A stretch of 64,000 bases of DNA, taken from Sphingobacteriaceae bacterium (lineage in GTDB: Bacteria > Bacteroidota > Bacteroidia > B-17B0 > Aurantibacillaceae). Shown in pieces: positions 48,265-58,987 of this stretch. The stretch lies in NCBI GenBank assembly GCA_046345155.1, contig JBKDKI010000003.1:2026-66025 (forward strand), written 5' to 3'. Positions within the stretch are counted from its first letter, which is position 1. Each line of letters begins with the position of its first letter. The position numbers and the translations under genes were made by a program. The notes under the pieces were generated by a model. That model saw only the letters and a list, made by a program, of their open reading frames with translations, was not told where the DNA came from and searched no databases.

Positions 48265-49014
48265 ATGCGCAAGTTATTTATTTTTCTAGGCTTTGTAATG
48301 TTTTTAAGTTCATGTAAGTTATTTAAATCTAACTTAATGCTAAAAACGCCAAAAGATTACAATTACGATAAATTGGTTGATTCTTTAAGCAGGTTAGATT
48401 ATAAAATTGCAGCCAATGATCAGTTAAGCTATCGTGTTTTTACCAATGATGGTTTTAAACTTGTTGATATTGCAACTTCTACCACTAACTTCATTAACTT
48501 CCCTAATATTGAAACACGAATTGAATCGGATGGCACTGCAAAATTACCTTTGATTGGTTCGGTTAAGCTTGTTGGTTTAACAATTGTAGAAGCCGAAAAA
48601 CTTTTAGAGGAAAGATACGCGGAGTTTTATGTGAAGCCTTATGTGAATTTGAAGATCACTAACAAACGCATTATTGTTTTTCCGGGAATGGCAGGCCAGG
48701 CAAAGGTTTTACCAATGTCTAACAACAATACAACGGTAATGGAAGCCTTAGCTTTAGCAGGTGGTATTTACGACGATGGAAAAGCTTACAAGGTTAAATT
48801 GATCAGAAACACACCGGGTGTTAAGCCTCAGGTGTTTTTAATGGATCTATCAAAAATTGACGGATTGGCAGCAGCCAATACTCAGGTTCAGGCAAATGAT
48901 ATTATTTATGTTGAGCCACGCTACCGTCCGGCTCGTACCATATCTACAGAGTTAGCGCCAATATTAACCTTGTTAACAACAGGTATCATTATTTTCACTC
49001 TCTTTACTAATTAA
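48265..49014 (+). CDS. wza: Polysaccharide export lipoprotein (Wza-like)
   Basis: Lipobox LSSC, YKIAANDQL, DGTAKLPLIG.V...GLT, SLBB motif TVMEALALAGG, QANDIIYVEP. Confidence 0.9.
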   Translation: MRKLFIFLGFVMFLSSCKLFKSNLMLKTPKDYNYDKLVDSLSRLDYKIAANDQLSYRVFTNDGFKLVDIATSTTNFINFPNIETRIESDGTAKLPLIGSVKLVGLTIVEAEKLLEERYAEFYVKPYVNLKITNKRIIVFPGMAGQAKVLPMSNNNTTVMEALALAGGIYDDGKAYKVKLIRNTPGVKPQVFLMDLSKIDGLAAANTQVQANDIIYVEPRYRPARTISTELAPILTLLTTGIIIFTLFTN

Positions 49015-51440
49015 TGTCGTATCACGTTGGTTTAAATAAAAATGACTTTGTAAAAGACGCGGAAGCTAAATTAAATTCAGCGCTTGACTTTGGTTTATTG
49101 ATCCATTTAATAAAAAAGTTCAAGTTCATTTTTTTAACCTTGTTTTTAGTAAGCGGTTTTATTGCTTTCTTATACCTGCGTTATAGTCAGCCTATCTATG
49201 AATCAAAGGCCTTGATCCAGGTTAACGATAACAAGGCAGACCAGGTATTGCACCTGGAAGGTATCAATGAAAGTGAGAATATTTTGGCAGAGGCTATTGA
49301 ACAAATTCACTCAAAGGTTTTTTTGAAACGCGTTGTAGAAAAACTTGATATTGCTGTAAGTTATTTTAGTGAAGGTACTTTTAAAAATAATGAGTTATAT
49401 CTATCGTCACCATTTTTAGTAAAGATCAATTTAAAGAATCCAGGCTTAGAAGGTCAGAAATTTTACATTGAGCTAAACAGCGATTACACGCTGGCAACAA
49501 TTAAATACGGCGCTAATTCGCGTACGGTAAAGCTTAATAGTTGGGTAAAGTTTTCCGACATGGATATCAATGTGTTTTTAAATCCAAAATACACCAAACA
49601 GGAAATTGCTCAAACCCTCAAGAATAATAAATCAATTTATTTTATTGTAAGGAACATTGATGCCGTAACCTCTGAATTACAAAGCAAATTGGATGTGAAG
49701 ATCTTGAATGAAATGGCAAAGACCATTTTGATAAAGGTGCGAGATATAAATTCATTAAAGGTTAGCGATATTGTTAATACCATTTCGGAAGAGTTTTTGA
49801 GTTATGATGTAGAAAGAAAAAGTGAGAGTTCGAGCAACATTTTGAACTTTATTGATAAGCAACTGGGATTGGTATACAACGATCTGAAGAATACCGAAAG
49901 CGATCTTAAAAAGTTCAAGCAAGGTCATGATATAGAAAAGAACGAGCAAAAAGTAACTTCAGAGATTTTACGTGCTTCCAATATTGAAGATCAACTTTTG
50001 AAAGTTGAGATGGAAGAAAAGATCATTGCGGAGGTGCAGGAAAATATCTCTAAGAAAAAGAGCATTGATATTTACCAATTGATCTCTATCATTTCGGGAA
50101 CAGAGTATGAGAACATGATCAAAGATGTTGTTCAGAATATTCAAAAATTACTGGACACAAAAGAGACCTTGTTATATTCAGTTACACCTAACGCTGAAAA
50201 CATCAAGCAGATCAATTATCAATTAGAGATCCAGAAAAAACTATTGATTGAAAGTTTGGATGCGGTTAGATTAAGGTATAAAACAAAATACAAGAATTTG
50301 CTCGAAAAGTCTTTTGACTATAAAGTAAAAATGGGTTCGTCGCCCGAAGATGAAGTGGAGTTATCGCGCTTAAGCCGCTTGTACACCATCAGTGAAAAAT
50401 ATTACACCATGTTATTGGAAAAAAAGACAGAGTTCTCAATTTCTAAAGCAGGTTATGTAACAAAGAACATTATTTTAGAACGTGCCATCGGTGCCGGTGG
50501 AAAGGTATTCCCAAGTTCTAAGAACATTATTTTGATCGCCATACTTTCAACCATCTTGATCATATTAGTGATCTTAGTTGGTTTATACTTTACGCATAAC
50601 AAGATCTATTCGATCCATGATGTCATGAAAAATGCGAGTCAGGGTGTTTCCTTAATTGGTGTTGTGCCGCGTTACGAAAATCAAATTCCTGTTTCGCAAT
50701 TGATCGTTGATAAGAATCCAAAATCAATTATCTCCGAAGCTTTCAGAACCATTCGTACAAATTTATCCTTTATTGATAACACGCCCGGCAGCAAATTAAT
50801 TGCCATCAGTTCAACCATAAGCGGTGAGGGTAAAACATTTGTATCCATTAATATTGCCGGTATCTTGGCCTTTACAGGAAAAAAAGTTGTACTGATCGAT
50901 CTTGACCTTCGTAAACCAAAGATCCATAAAGGATTTGGTGTGAAGAATGATGTGGGAATGAGTAATGTGTTAACCGGCGAAGTAAATGTAGTTGATTGTT
51001 TTAATCAGTCCTCCATTGAAAAATTAAAATTCATCACGGCCGGACCAACACCTCCAAATCCTTCCGAATTAATTTTGAGTGAAAAGCTGGATGAGGTAGT
51101 TAATCAATTAAAATCCATGTTTGATTATGTGGTGATCGATAACGCGCCGGTTGGCTTGGTTACCGATGGTATTGAAACACTCAGAAAATCAGATTACCCT
51201 ATTTATGTTTTCAGAGCAGATTATTCTGATAAGAACTTTATTCAAAATTTGATCCGATTGAAGAACGAGAATCAGATCACACGAATGACCGCTGTATTAA
51301 ACGATATAGACCTGAGTAAACGTCATTACGGTTATAATTATGGTTATAGTTATGGCTATGGTTATGGATCGGGTTATTACACAGACGGACCAACTAATAA
51401 AAAGAACAAAAAGAAGAAAAAAGAAAATGGAGATAACTGA
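49014..51440 (+). CDS. wzc: Polysaccharide co-polymerase / BY-kinase (Wzc/GumC)
   Basis: Two TM segments, EAFRTIRTN, Walker A STISGEGKT, IDLDLRKP, VVIDNAP, C-terminal Tyr cluster YGYNYGYSYGYGYGSGYY. Confidence 0.95.
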   Translation: MSYHVGLNKNDFVKDAEAKLNSALDFGLLIHLIKKFKFIFLTLFLVSGFIAFLYLRYSQPIYESKALIQVNDNKADQVLHLEGINESENILAEAIEQIHSKVFLKRVVEKLDIAVSYFSEGTFKNNELYLSSPFLVKINLKNPGLEGQKFYIELNSDYTLATIKYGANSRTVKLNSWVKFSDMDINVFLNPKYTKQEIAQTLKNNKSIYFIVRNIDAVTSELQSKLDVKILNEMAKTILIKVRDINSLKVSDIVNTISEEFLSYDVERKSESSSNILNFIDKQLGLVYNDLKNTESDLKKFKQGHDIEKNEQKVTSEILRASNIEDQLLKVEMEEKIIAEVQENISKKKSIDIYQLISIISGTEYENMIKDVVQNIQKLLDTKETLLYSVTPNAENIKQINYQLEIQKKLLIESLDAVRLRYKTKYKNLLEKSFDYKVKMGSSPEDEVELSRLSRLYTISEKYYTMLLEKKTEFSISKAGYVTKNIILERAIGAGGKVFPSSKNIILIAILSTILIILVILVGLYFTHNKIYSIHDVMKNASQGVSLIGVVPRYENQIPVSQLIVDKNPKSIISEAFRTIRTNLSFIDNTPGSKLIAISSTISGEGKTFVSINIAGILAFTGKKVVLIDLDLRKPKIHKGFGVKNDVGMSNVLTGEVNVVDCFNQSSIEKLKFITAGPTPPNPSELILSEKLDEVVNQLKSMFDYVVIDNAPVGLVTDGIETLRKSDYPIYVFRADYSDKNFIQNLIRLKNENQITRMTAVLNDIDLSKRHYGYNYGYSYGYGYGSGYYTDGPTNKKNKKKKKENGDN

Positions 51441-51969
51441 ATCATATCTTAAAGGATTATTTGTAATAAAGCCAAAAGTATTTGCTGATGCACGCGGTTA
51501 TTTTTTTGAAAGCTATAACAATATGGTTTTTGAAAATGCAGGTTTAAATTTGAATTTCGTTCAGGATAATCAGTCGTTATCCCAAAAAGGTGTATTGCGT
51601 GGATTACATTTTCAAAATCCGCCGCACGCACAAGGTAAATTGGTGCGAGTAATAACCGGAGCGGTATATGATGTTGCAGTTGATATTCGTAAAAATTCGC
51701 CAACCTATGGCAAATATTTTGGCTTGGAGTTAACGGAAGAGAATAAATGGATGATGTATATTCCTGAAGGATTTGCGCATGGATTTGCTACATTAAGAGA
51801 TAATACCATCTTTTCATATAAGTGTACCAATTATTATAATAAACCCGCTGAAGGTTGTTTGTTATGGAACGATCCGGCAATTGGCATCAACTGGAATGTG
51901 TCAGATCCATTGTTATCTGAAAAAGATAAAGAAGGGCAATTACTTAAAGATTTTACCTCACAGTTTTAA
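51427..51969 (+). CDS. rfbC: dTDP-4-dehydrorhamnose 3,5-epimerase
   Basis: FADARGYFFESY, QDNQSLS, VLRGLHFQ, DVAVDIR, IPEGFAHGF, LSEKD. Start reassigned to MEITES (51427). Confidence 0.96.
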   Translation: MEITESYLKGLFVIKPKVFADARGYFFESYNNMVFENAGLNLNFVQDNQSLSQKGVLRGLHFQNPPHAQGKLVRVITGAVYDVAVDIRKNSPTYGKYFGLELTEENKWMMYIPEGFAHGFATLRDNTIFSYKCTNYYNKPAEGCLLWNDPAIGINWNVSDPLLSEKDKEGQLLKDFTSQF

Positions 51970-53030
51970 TGCCCGGACTTTCAAATACACATTTAACTTT
52001 AATTTCCCTTCTGTTCTTTAGTTTTGTAGCATCCCTCATTATTAATTATATTTTATTGAAGTTTGCCAAAACGCTTGGTATCAGAAGCAAAAACTCCACT
52101 GATATCAGATGGGACCCAAAGCATAAACCCTCGTTAGGAGGCATTTCCTTTTATTTTACATTTTTGTTCTCATTTGTTTTCTTGGTTTTGGTAACGCCCG
52201 ATTTTTCACTTGTAAAATGGCAAGTGGTTGGCTTTTTAATTGCAGCCTCTATTGCTTTTTTCATGGGCTTGGCCGATGATGCTTTTAACACGCAACCACT
52301 TTTAAAACTCATCTCACAAATAGTTTGTGCATTGGTATTGGTGTATTCCGGTATTTATATTAAGATATTTGATAATGCCTTGATCAATTATGGCTTAACT
52401 ATTTTCTGGATCATAGGCATGATGAATTCATTTAATTTATTGGATAATATGGATGGCATCACAGGTATCATTTCGCTGTCTATATCGTTCTTTTTTATAC
52501 TTATCAGTGTTTCGTTAAGGCAGGCTACATCTTATATCGGCATCTTTAATATATGTTTGATCGGCTCTTTGATTGGCTTCCTGTTCTATAATTTTCATCC
52601 ATCAAAAATGTACATGGGCGATTCTGGAAGTCAGTTTTTAGGATTGGTGCTTTCCGCATTTGGTATTGAAATATGCTGGAATAATACCTTTACGGATGCG
52701 ATCCCGCATTTAGGCTTACATAATATTTGTTTGGTATTATTGGTTTTTATTTTGCCAATAACAGATACTACAACGGTTTTTGTGAACCGTATCAAAGCCG
52801 GTTCATCGCCATTTATAGGCGGTAAAGATCATACCACGCATCATCTTTTTTTTAAAGGTATTACTGAAAAACGAATTGCCATCTTGTTTTTTTTACTCAC
52901 CTCGCTTGGCTGTATGATAGCTTATAATTTAATTTTAAGTTTTAGTCATACCTTATTATACCTTGGTCTATCATTCGTTGTAATAGTGTTTTTATTTTTG
53001 TATCTTAATACTATTATTAAAAAACGTTGA
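51969..53030 (+). CDS. MraY/WecA-family (GT4) undecaprenyl-phosphate sugar-1-P transferase
   Basis: KPSLGG, MGLADD, NSFNLLDNMDG, YMGDSGS, PITDT, GKDHTTH; polytopic membrane protein. Confidence 0.9.
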   Translation: MPGLSNTHLTLISLLFFSFVASLIINYILLKFAKTLGIRSKNSTDIRWDPKHKPSLGGISFYFTFLFSFVFLVLVTPDFSLVKWQVVGFLIAASIAFFMGLADDAFNTQPLLKLISQIVCALVLVYSGIYIKIFDNALINYGLTIFWIIGMMNSFNLLDNMDGITGIISLSISFFFILISVSLRQATSYIGIFNICLIGSLIGFLFYNFHPSKMYMGDSGSQFLGLVLSAFGIEICWNNTFTDAIPHLGLHNICLVLLVFILPITDTTTVFVNRIKAGSSPFIGGKDHTTHHLFFKGITEKRIAILFFLLTSLGCMIAYNLILSFSHTLLYLGLSFVVIVFLFLYLNTIIKKR

Positions 53031-54088
53031 CATTTCTTCAAAAAATAAACAAACTTCCTTCTTATTTAAAAATACTATTGATCCTGATAGTGTTTTTATT
53101 GTCTTATTCTTTGGTCGTATTAACCTTTAAAAAAGCCCAACCTAGCGAATTTGCATACGTAAACAACAACTTCAATGTTTTTGGTTTGAATATACCAACC
53201 GATCTGATGTTTTGTGGTGAGAAAATTCCCGGTGATAATTATGAGATACGAACCAATTTGGAGAAGGAATTTTTTAATAATGTTTACTGGAAGAACAATT
53301 CTGCAATTCTGTTCAATAAAATTGCCAAGTGGTTCCCATACATAGAGCCGATCTTAAAACAAGAAGGGGTGCCGGATGATATTAAATACATTGCTGTAAT
53401 CGAAAGTCATCTATCGAATGAGATATCACCTGCAGGTGCTGCCGGTTTTTGGCAATTGGTACCCTCCACAGCACGCAATTATGGTCTCATTGTAAATGAT
53501 GAAGTTGATGAGCGATTGGATGTTGAACGATCGACACACGCGGCCTGTAAATTATTTAAGGAGGCGCACAAGCGTTTGAATAATTGGACACTCTCAGCTG
53601 CTGCCTATAACCTTGGTATTGGCGGCATTGAGCGTGCTTTAAAGGAACAAAAAACCAATAATTATTACGATCTGCTTTTAAACAGAGAAACGGGTGAATT
53701 TATTTACAGGGTTTTAGCTTATAAGACCTTACTATCTAGTCCTATTCATTTTGGAATTAAAAAAACAAAAATAAAGTACTTGCCAAAAATGTCAGTTAAG
53801 GTTGTTACTGTTGATACAAGCATTACCGATCTTACATTTTTAGCAAAAAAATATAAATGCAGTAAAGCGCAAATCCAATTATTGAATCCATGGCTGTTGA
53901 AAGGCACTATTCATAATGTGGATGGACATCCTTACAAGATCAAATTGCCAAAGAATAGTAAAAAGGATTATTCTTCCTATTATTCAGACCTTTTATCGGA
54001 GGATGGATACATTCACGAAACCTCTGCAGAAAATGATCCTAAGTTCGAAGAACAAACGGATACGCTAAAGCCAAAACAAATAGAGTGA
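53027..54088 (+). CDS. Lytic transglycosylase (SLT/MltD-like)
   Basis: KYIAVIES, SPAGAAGFWQL, YGL...DERLD...ST.AAC, WTLSAAAYN.G, ETGEFIYR. Confidence 0.92.
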   Translation: MTFLQKINKLPSYLKILLILIVFLLSYSLVVLTFKKAQPSEFAYVNNNFNVFGLNIPTDLMFCGEKIPGDNYEIRTNLEKEFFNNVYWKNNSAILFNKIAKWFPYIEPILKQEGVPDDIKYIAVIESHLSNEISPAGAAGFWQLVPSTARNYGLIVNDEVDERLDVERSTHAACKLFKEAHKRLNNWTLSAAAYNLGIGGIERALKEQKTNNYYDLLLNRETGEFIYRVLAYKTLLSSPIHFGIKKTKIKYLPKMSVKVVTVDTSITDLTFLAKKYKCSKAQIQLLNPWLLKGTIHNVDGHPYKIKLPKNSKKDYSSYYSDLLSEDGYIHETSAENDPKFEEQTDTLKPKQIE

Positions 54089-54231
54089 TCGTTTGTTTGT
54101 AAATTTGAACCATCAAAAACAGAAAAGAAATTGTTAACGATTTGGCTATAATTATAGTTGTTTTGTTTACGCCTTTTATGAATGATTGAGTAAATTTGAA
54201 ATAACTTATCCGGTTCAAAAACTGATCAAAA

Positions 54232-57132
54232 ATGCCAACTGCTAAAAAAAATAACGAATTAACTGAGATTGATATTATTGACGAAGAGGTTATAGAAGTA
54301 ATTGGTGCCCGCGCGAATAATTTAAAAGATCTTACCATAACAATCCCGCGAAATAAATTGGTTACCATTACAGGATTAAGCGGTAGTGGAAAATCATCAT
54401 TGGCCTTTGATACGATCTATGCCGAAGGGCAAAGGCGTTATGTTGAGAGTTTTTCTTCTTATGCGCGTCAGTTTTTAGGAAGTTTGGAAAGACCGGATGT
54501 TGACAAGATAACGGGTTTGAGTCCTGTAATTTCCATCGAGCAAAAAACTGTAAATAAAAATCCACGTTCAACAGTTGGTACTATTACCGAGATATACGAT
54601 TTTATACGCTTATTGTTTGCTCGCGCCGGCGAAGCACACTCTTATGTTACCGGCGAAAAGATGGTGCGATACAGTGATGATCAGATCGTTGATCTCATTA
54701 TTACCGATTACCAATCAAAGCATATTTTTTTATTGGCGCCTATTGTAAAAGGCCGAAAAGGACATTACCGCGAGTTGTTTGAAGATATCCGTAAAAAAGG
54801 CTTCACTAAAATTAGAGTTGATGGTGAGGTTAAGGATATTGTTCCAAAAATGCAGGTGGATAGATATAAGATCCATGATATTGAATTGGTGATCGATCGA
54901 TTGGAAATTTCGAAAGATATCAGAACACGTTTGTATCAATCGCTGCAAACAGCCATGAAACAAGGGAAAGGCACTATAATGGTTTTGGAAGCAGATCAAA
55001 AGGAAAAGAAACCTGCTAAAACAACAAAAGCTTATGGCTTTGGAAAGTTGCGTTTCTTTAGTCGCTCATTAATGTGTCCAACTTCCGGAATTTCTTACGA
55101 TGAACCCGCTCCAAACACATTCTCCTTTAACTCGCCTTATGGCGCATGCAGTAAATGCAATGGTTTGGGTGAAGTATCAGAGATCGATATCAAAAAGATC
55201 GTACCTAATAGTAAATTGTCTATCAAAAAAGGAGCTATTTCGCCAATAGGAACGTTTAAGAATAATTGGATCTTTAAACAGTTGGAAGCAATTGGCAAGC
55301 ATTATGAATTTGACTTGGATACACCTTTTGAGGAGATACCGGAAGAAGCAATAAGTGTTTTATTGTATGGCACAGAGGAATTAATTCAAGTGGAAACAGA
55401 AAGCGGAAGTCATAATGTTACATTTGAAGGAATAGCCAATTTTATTGCAAAGCAAGCTGAAGAGGATGAAAGCCCTGCCATTGCCAAATGGGTTGAAGGG
55501 TTTACAAATAAGGTGAAATGTACAGAGTGTAATGGTACGAGATTAAAAAAGGAGGCCTTGTATTTTAAAATTGCCGAAAAGAATATTGCCGAGTTGGCAA
55601 ACATGGATGTTGTTTATTTGAATGATTGGTTCACAGATATAGAAAAGAAATTAGGCAAGCAGCAAAATGTAATAGCAAAAGAGATCTTAAAAGAGATCAG
55701 AGCACGAATTGGTTTTTTGTTGGAAGTAGGTTTAAGTTATGTTACACTTAACCGATCATCACGAAGTTTGAGTGGAGGCGAGGCACAACGTATTCGCTTG
55801 GCTACACAAATAGGTTCGCAATTGGTTGGTGTGCTTTATATTTTGGATGAACCAAGTATTGGTTTACATCAACGTGATAATACCCGTTTAATTACGGCAT
55901 TAAAAAATTTGCGTGATGTTGGAAATTCCATTATTGTGGTGGAGCATGATAAAGACATGATCGTTGAAAGTGATTATGTGATCGATATTGGTCCGGGTGC
56001 CGGCGTGCATGGCGGAAGACTGGTTGCTGCAGCAACGCCAAAAGATATGTTGAAGTTGAACACCATTACTGCACAATACATCAACGGAAAAAAACAAATA
56101 GAGGTACCAAAAGAACGAAGAAAGGGAAATGGTAAAAAGATCTCTTTAAAAAATGCAAGCGGAAATAATTTAAAAAATGTTTCAGTTGATCTTCCCTTAG
56201 GTAATTTCATTGTTGTTTCAGGCGTAAGCGGTAGCGGAAAAAGTACATTGATCAATGAAACGCTCTATCCCATTTTATCATCACATTTTTACAAATCAGA
56301 AAAGAAACCACTCGCTTACAAATCAATAAGCGGGTTAGAGAATATCGATAAAGTAATAGACATCGATCAAAGCCCTATTGGCCGCACACCACGCAGTAAT
56401 CCTGCAACCTATACAAAGGTGTTTGATGAGATCAGGCGTTTGTTTGCCGAATTACCTGAAGCGAAGATCAGAGGTTACCAACCCGGAAGATTCTCCTTTA
56501 ATGTGAAAGGTGGCAGATGCGAAACATGTGGTGGTGCCGGTATCAAAACCATTGAAATGAATTTCTTACCAAATGTTTACGTGCATTGTGATGATTGTAA
56601 TGCAAAGCGTTATAACCGCGAAACATTGGAAGTGCGCTACAAGGGCAAATCAATTAGTGATGTGTTGAACATGACCATCGAACAATCTTGCGAATTTTTT
56701 CAGCATGTGCCAAGTATCCATCGTCAACTCAAAACATTGAATGATGTTGGTTTGGGATACATTACCTTGGGTCAGCAAGCTACAACTATAAGTGGTGGTG
56801 AGGCGCAACGTGTGAAATTAGCAACCGAATTAAGTAAGCGCGATACCGGAAATACGTTTTACATTTTAGATGAACCAACAACCGGTTTGCATTTTGAGGA
56901 TATCAGGATCTTGCTGGATGTTTTAAATAAGCTGGTAAATAGCGGCAACACTGTTTTGGTGATCGAACATAATTTGGATATCATTAAAATGGCCGATTGG
57001 ATCATAGATCTTGGACCTGAAGGCGGGAAAGATGGCGGTGAGATCTTGTTTCAGGGCACTCCTGAAGCTTTTATTAAAGTTAAAAATAACAGCACTGCTT
57101 TTTATTTGAAAAAGGAGTTACAGAATAGTTAA
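54232..57132 (+). CDS. uvrA: Excinuclease ABC subunit A
   Basis: GARANNLK, TGLSGSGKSSLAFDT, two Zn fingers, LSGGEAQRIRLA, SGVSGSGKST, ISGGEAQRVKLA. Confidence 0.98.
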   Translation: MPTAKKNNELTEIDIIDEEVIEVIGARANNLKDLTITIPRNKLVTITGLSGSGKSSLAFDTIYAEGQRRYVESFSSYARQFLGSLERPDVDKITGLSPVISIEQKTVNKNPRSTVGTITEIYDFIRLLFARAGEAHSYVTGEKMVRYSDDQIVDLIITDYQSKHIFLLAPIVKGRKGHYRELFEDIRKKGFTKIRVDGEVKDIVPKMQVDRYKIHDIELVIDRLEISKDIRTRLYQSLQTAMKQGKGTIMVLEADQKEKKPAKTTKAYGFGKLRFFSRSLMCPTSGISYDEPAPNTFSFNSPYGACSKCNGLGEVSEIDIKKIVPNSKLSIKKGAISPIGTFKNNWIFKQLEAIGKHYEFDLDTPFEEIPEEAISVLLYGTEELIQVETESGSHNVTFEGIANFIAKQAEEDESPAIAKWVEGFTNKVKCTECNGTRLKKEALYFKIAEKNIAELANMDVVYLNDWFTDIEKKLGKQQNVIAKEILKEIRARIGFLLEVGLSYVTLNRSSRSLSGGEAQRIRLATQIGSQLVGVLYILDEPSIGLHQRDNTRLITALKNLRDVGNSIIVVEHDKDMIVESDYVIDIGPGAGVHGGRLVAAATPKDMLKLNTITAQYINGKKQIEVPKERRKGNGKKISLKNASGNNLKNVSVDLPLGNFIVVSGVSGSGKSTLINETLYPILSSHFYKSEKKPLAYKSISGLENIDKVIDIDQSPIGRTPRSNPATYTKVFDEIRRLFAELPEAKIRGYQPGRFSFNVKGGRCETCGGAGIKTIEMNFLPNVYVHCDDCNAKRYNRETLEVRYKGKSISDVLNMTIEQSCEFFQHVPSIHRQLKTLNDVGLGYITLGQQATTISGGEAQRVKLATELSKRDTGNTFYILDEPTTGLHFEDIRILLDVLNKLVNSGNTVLVIEHNLDIIKMADWIIDLGPEGGKDGGEILFQGTPEAFIKVKNNSTAFYLKKELQNS

Positions 57133-57261
57133 ATCGGTTTATAGAGGCTAATTCACAATAAAGGCCGTTTTTTTGTTAATATTTACTTTTTTATCGCTCT
57201 GAGAATACAACAATAATTTGCTTTCTTGCAGTTTAGATTTAGATTTTGTATTTTTAATAAG

Positions 57262-57645
57262 TTGAAGCGTATTACCTTAATATTACTATTGTTATTCTTA
57301 ACCGGCATGGCTACTGAATTTTATGCCCAAACCGGAGGAAGAAAACGAGAGCATCGTAACCAACGCCGAGGCAGTTCAAAATTCAGAGGGGCAAAAAGTG
57401 CAGGTAATGCCGATGCTTTTGCGCGTGGCGGAACCAACAAACGCAATTCACGTAAAAAATCAACTGCTTGGGTATATGGCCCAACACCTACGTCTAAAAA
57501 GCAGCGCAAAGAGCAGAAATATCTGTTCTCACGGTACCGTACAAAAGGCAAAAAGTATAGAGATGGAATTTTAGCACGTCAGGATGCTGATCGATCTAAG
57601 CGCCGTGTACGTGGAAATAAAGTATTTCACAAACGTAAGTTTTAA
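57262..57645 (+). CDS. Secreted highly basic hypothetical protein
   Basis: TTG start giving MKRITLILLLLFLTGMATEFYA-Q (signal-like). The mature part is about one-third Arg/Lys. Followed by a terminator. Confidence 0.65.
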   Translation: MKRITLILLLLFLTGMATEFYAQTGGRKREHRNQRRGSSKFRGAKSAGNADAFARGGTNKRNSRKKSTAWVYGPTPTSKKQRKEQKYLFSRYRTKGKKYRDGILARQDADRSKRRVRGNKVFHKRKF

Positions 57646-57653
57646 TCAACACC

Positions 57654-57682
57654 AATCCCTCTGCTAACGAGGGATTTTTTAT
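57654..57682 (+). terminator. Rho-independent terminator
   Basis: aatccctc-tgctaac-gagggatt followed by a T-tract. Confidence 0.8.
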
Positions 57683-57700
57683 TTTTGCTAAAATTTAATT

Positions 57701-58987
57701 ATGAACGTATTAGTATTGGGGTCGGGTGGAAGAGAGCATGCTTTTGCCTGGAAAATAGCACAAAGTAAAAAATTAGAGAATTTATATATTGCTCCGGGTA
57801 ATGCCGGTACTGCGCTTTGCGGAACCAATGTTGATATTAAGGTGAACGATTTTGAAGGGATAAAGAAACTGGTATGGGAAAAAGGAATTGACTTGGTGTT
57901 GGTTGGTCCTGAAGACCCGTTGGTGAATGGTATCCATGATTTCTTTTTAAATGATGAGGTACTTAAAGATGTTGCTGTTATTGGTCCGAAAAAAGATGGC
58001 GCATTGATCGAAGGGAGTAAGGATTTTAGTAAGCGTTTGATGGAAAAATATAATATCCCTACGGCGCGTTACAAGAGTTTCACAAAAGATAATTTAGAAG
58101 AAGGTTATCAATTCCTTGAAACATTAAAGCCACCTTATGTTTTAAAGGCAGATGGCTTAGCGGCCGGAAAAGGTGTATTGATACTTTCTGATCTTAACGA
58201 AGCAAAGGCAGAATTAAAGAACATGTTGTTGGATGCAAAATTTGGAAATGCCAGCGCTACAGTTGTTATCGAAGAGTTTTTACATGGCATTGAATTATCG
58301 GTTTTTGTTTTAACAGATGGAAAAAGTTATAAGATACTTCCTGCGGCAAAAGATTACAAACGAATTGGCGAAGGTGATACAGGCTTAAATACGGGTGGTA
58401 TGGGAGCTGTGAGTCCTGTTCCTTTTGCAGATAAGGATTTCATTAAAAAAGTGGAGGAGAAAGTTGTTATCCCAACAATTAATGGTTTACGAAGTGAAGG
58501 GATCGATTACCGTGGATTTATTTTTATTGGTTTGATGAATTGTGATGGTGAACCAATGGTGATTGAATACAATTGCCGCATGGGCGACCCTGAAACTGAA
58601 GTGGTGATTCCTCGTATCAAATCCGATCTGTTGGATCTGTTAGAAGGAGTTGGAAAACAAAAGCTTCATGAAAAAACATTCGAGGTGATAGATGAAACAG
58701 CAACAACAGTTGTGTTGGTTAGTGGTGGTTATCCGGAGGATTATGAGAAAGGCAAATTGGTGAAGGGCTTAGAAGGAATAAAAGAATCGCAGGTTTTTCA
58801 TTCGGGTACCATTTTAAAAGACAATGAAGTGCTTACAAGTGGCGGAAGGGTTTTTGCGATCACTTCCTTCAGTAATAATATTCAAGGTGCTGTCAACAAA
58901 AGTATGACAGCGGCGCAACAAGTAAATTACGATAAAAAATATTACCGTAAAGATATCGGTCAGGATCTGATCAATTGGAATGCCTGA
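57701..58987 (+). CDS. purD: Phosphoribosylamine-glycine ligase
   Basis: VLGSGGREHA, APGNAG, EGSK.FSK, VLKADGLAAGKGV, KDYKRIGEGDTGLNTGGMG, EYNCRMGDPE, TSGGRV. Confidence 0.98.
   Translation: MNVLVLGSGGREHAFAWKIAQSKKLENLYIAPGNAGTALCGTNVDIKVNDFEGIKKLVWEKGIDLVLVGPEDPLVNGIHDFFLNDEVLKDVAVIGPKKDGALIEGSKDFSKRLMEKYNIPTARYKSFTKDNLEEGYQFLETLKPPYVLKADGLAAGKGVLILSDLNEAKAELKNMLLDAKFGNASATVVIEEFLHGIELSVFVLTDGKSYKILPAAKDYKRIGEGDTGLNTGGMGAVSPVPFADKDFIKKVEEKVVIPTINGLRSEGIDYRGFIFIGLMNCDGEPMVIEYNCRMGDPETEVVIPRIKSDLLDLLEGVGKQKLHEKTFEVIDETATTVVLVSGGYPEDYEKGKLVKGLEGIKESQVFHSGTILKDNEVLTSGGRVFAITSFSNNIQGAVNKSMTAAQQVNYDKKYYRKDIGQDLINWNA

Noticed and set aside
51322-51380. TATGGT/TATGGC-type short repeats
   Set aside because: They simply encode the Wzc C-terminal tyrosine cluster.
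51340-51426. N-terminal extension of rfbC
   Set aside because: It overlaps the wzc Tyr cluster in another frame. The true start is MEITES at 51427.
57136-57175. Possible terminator after uvrA
   Set aside because: The stem is weak with several mismatches, so it was not called.
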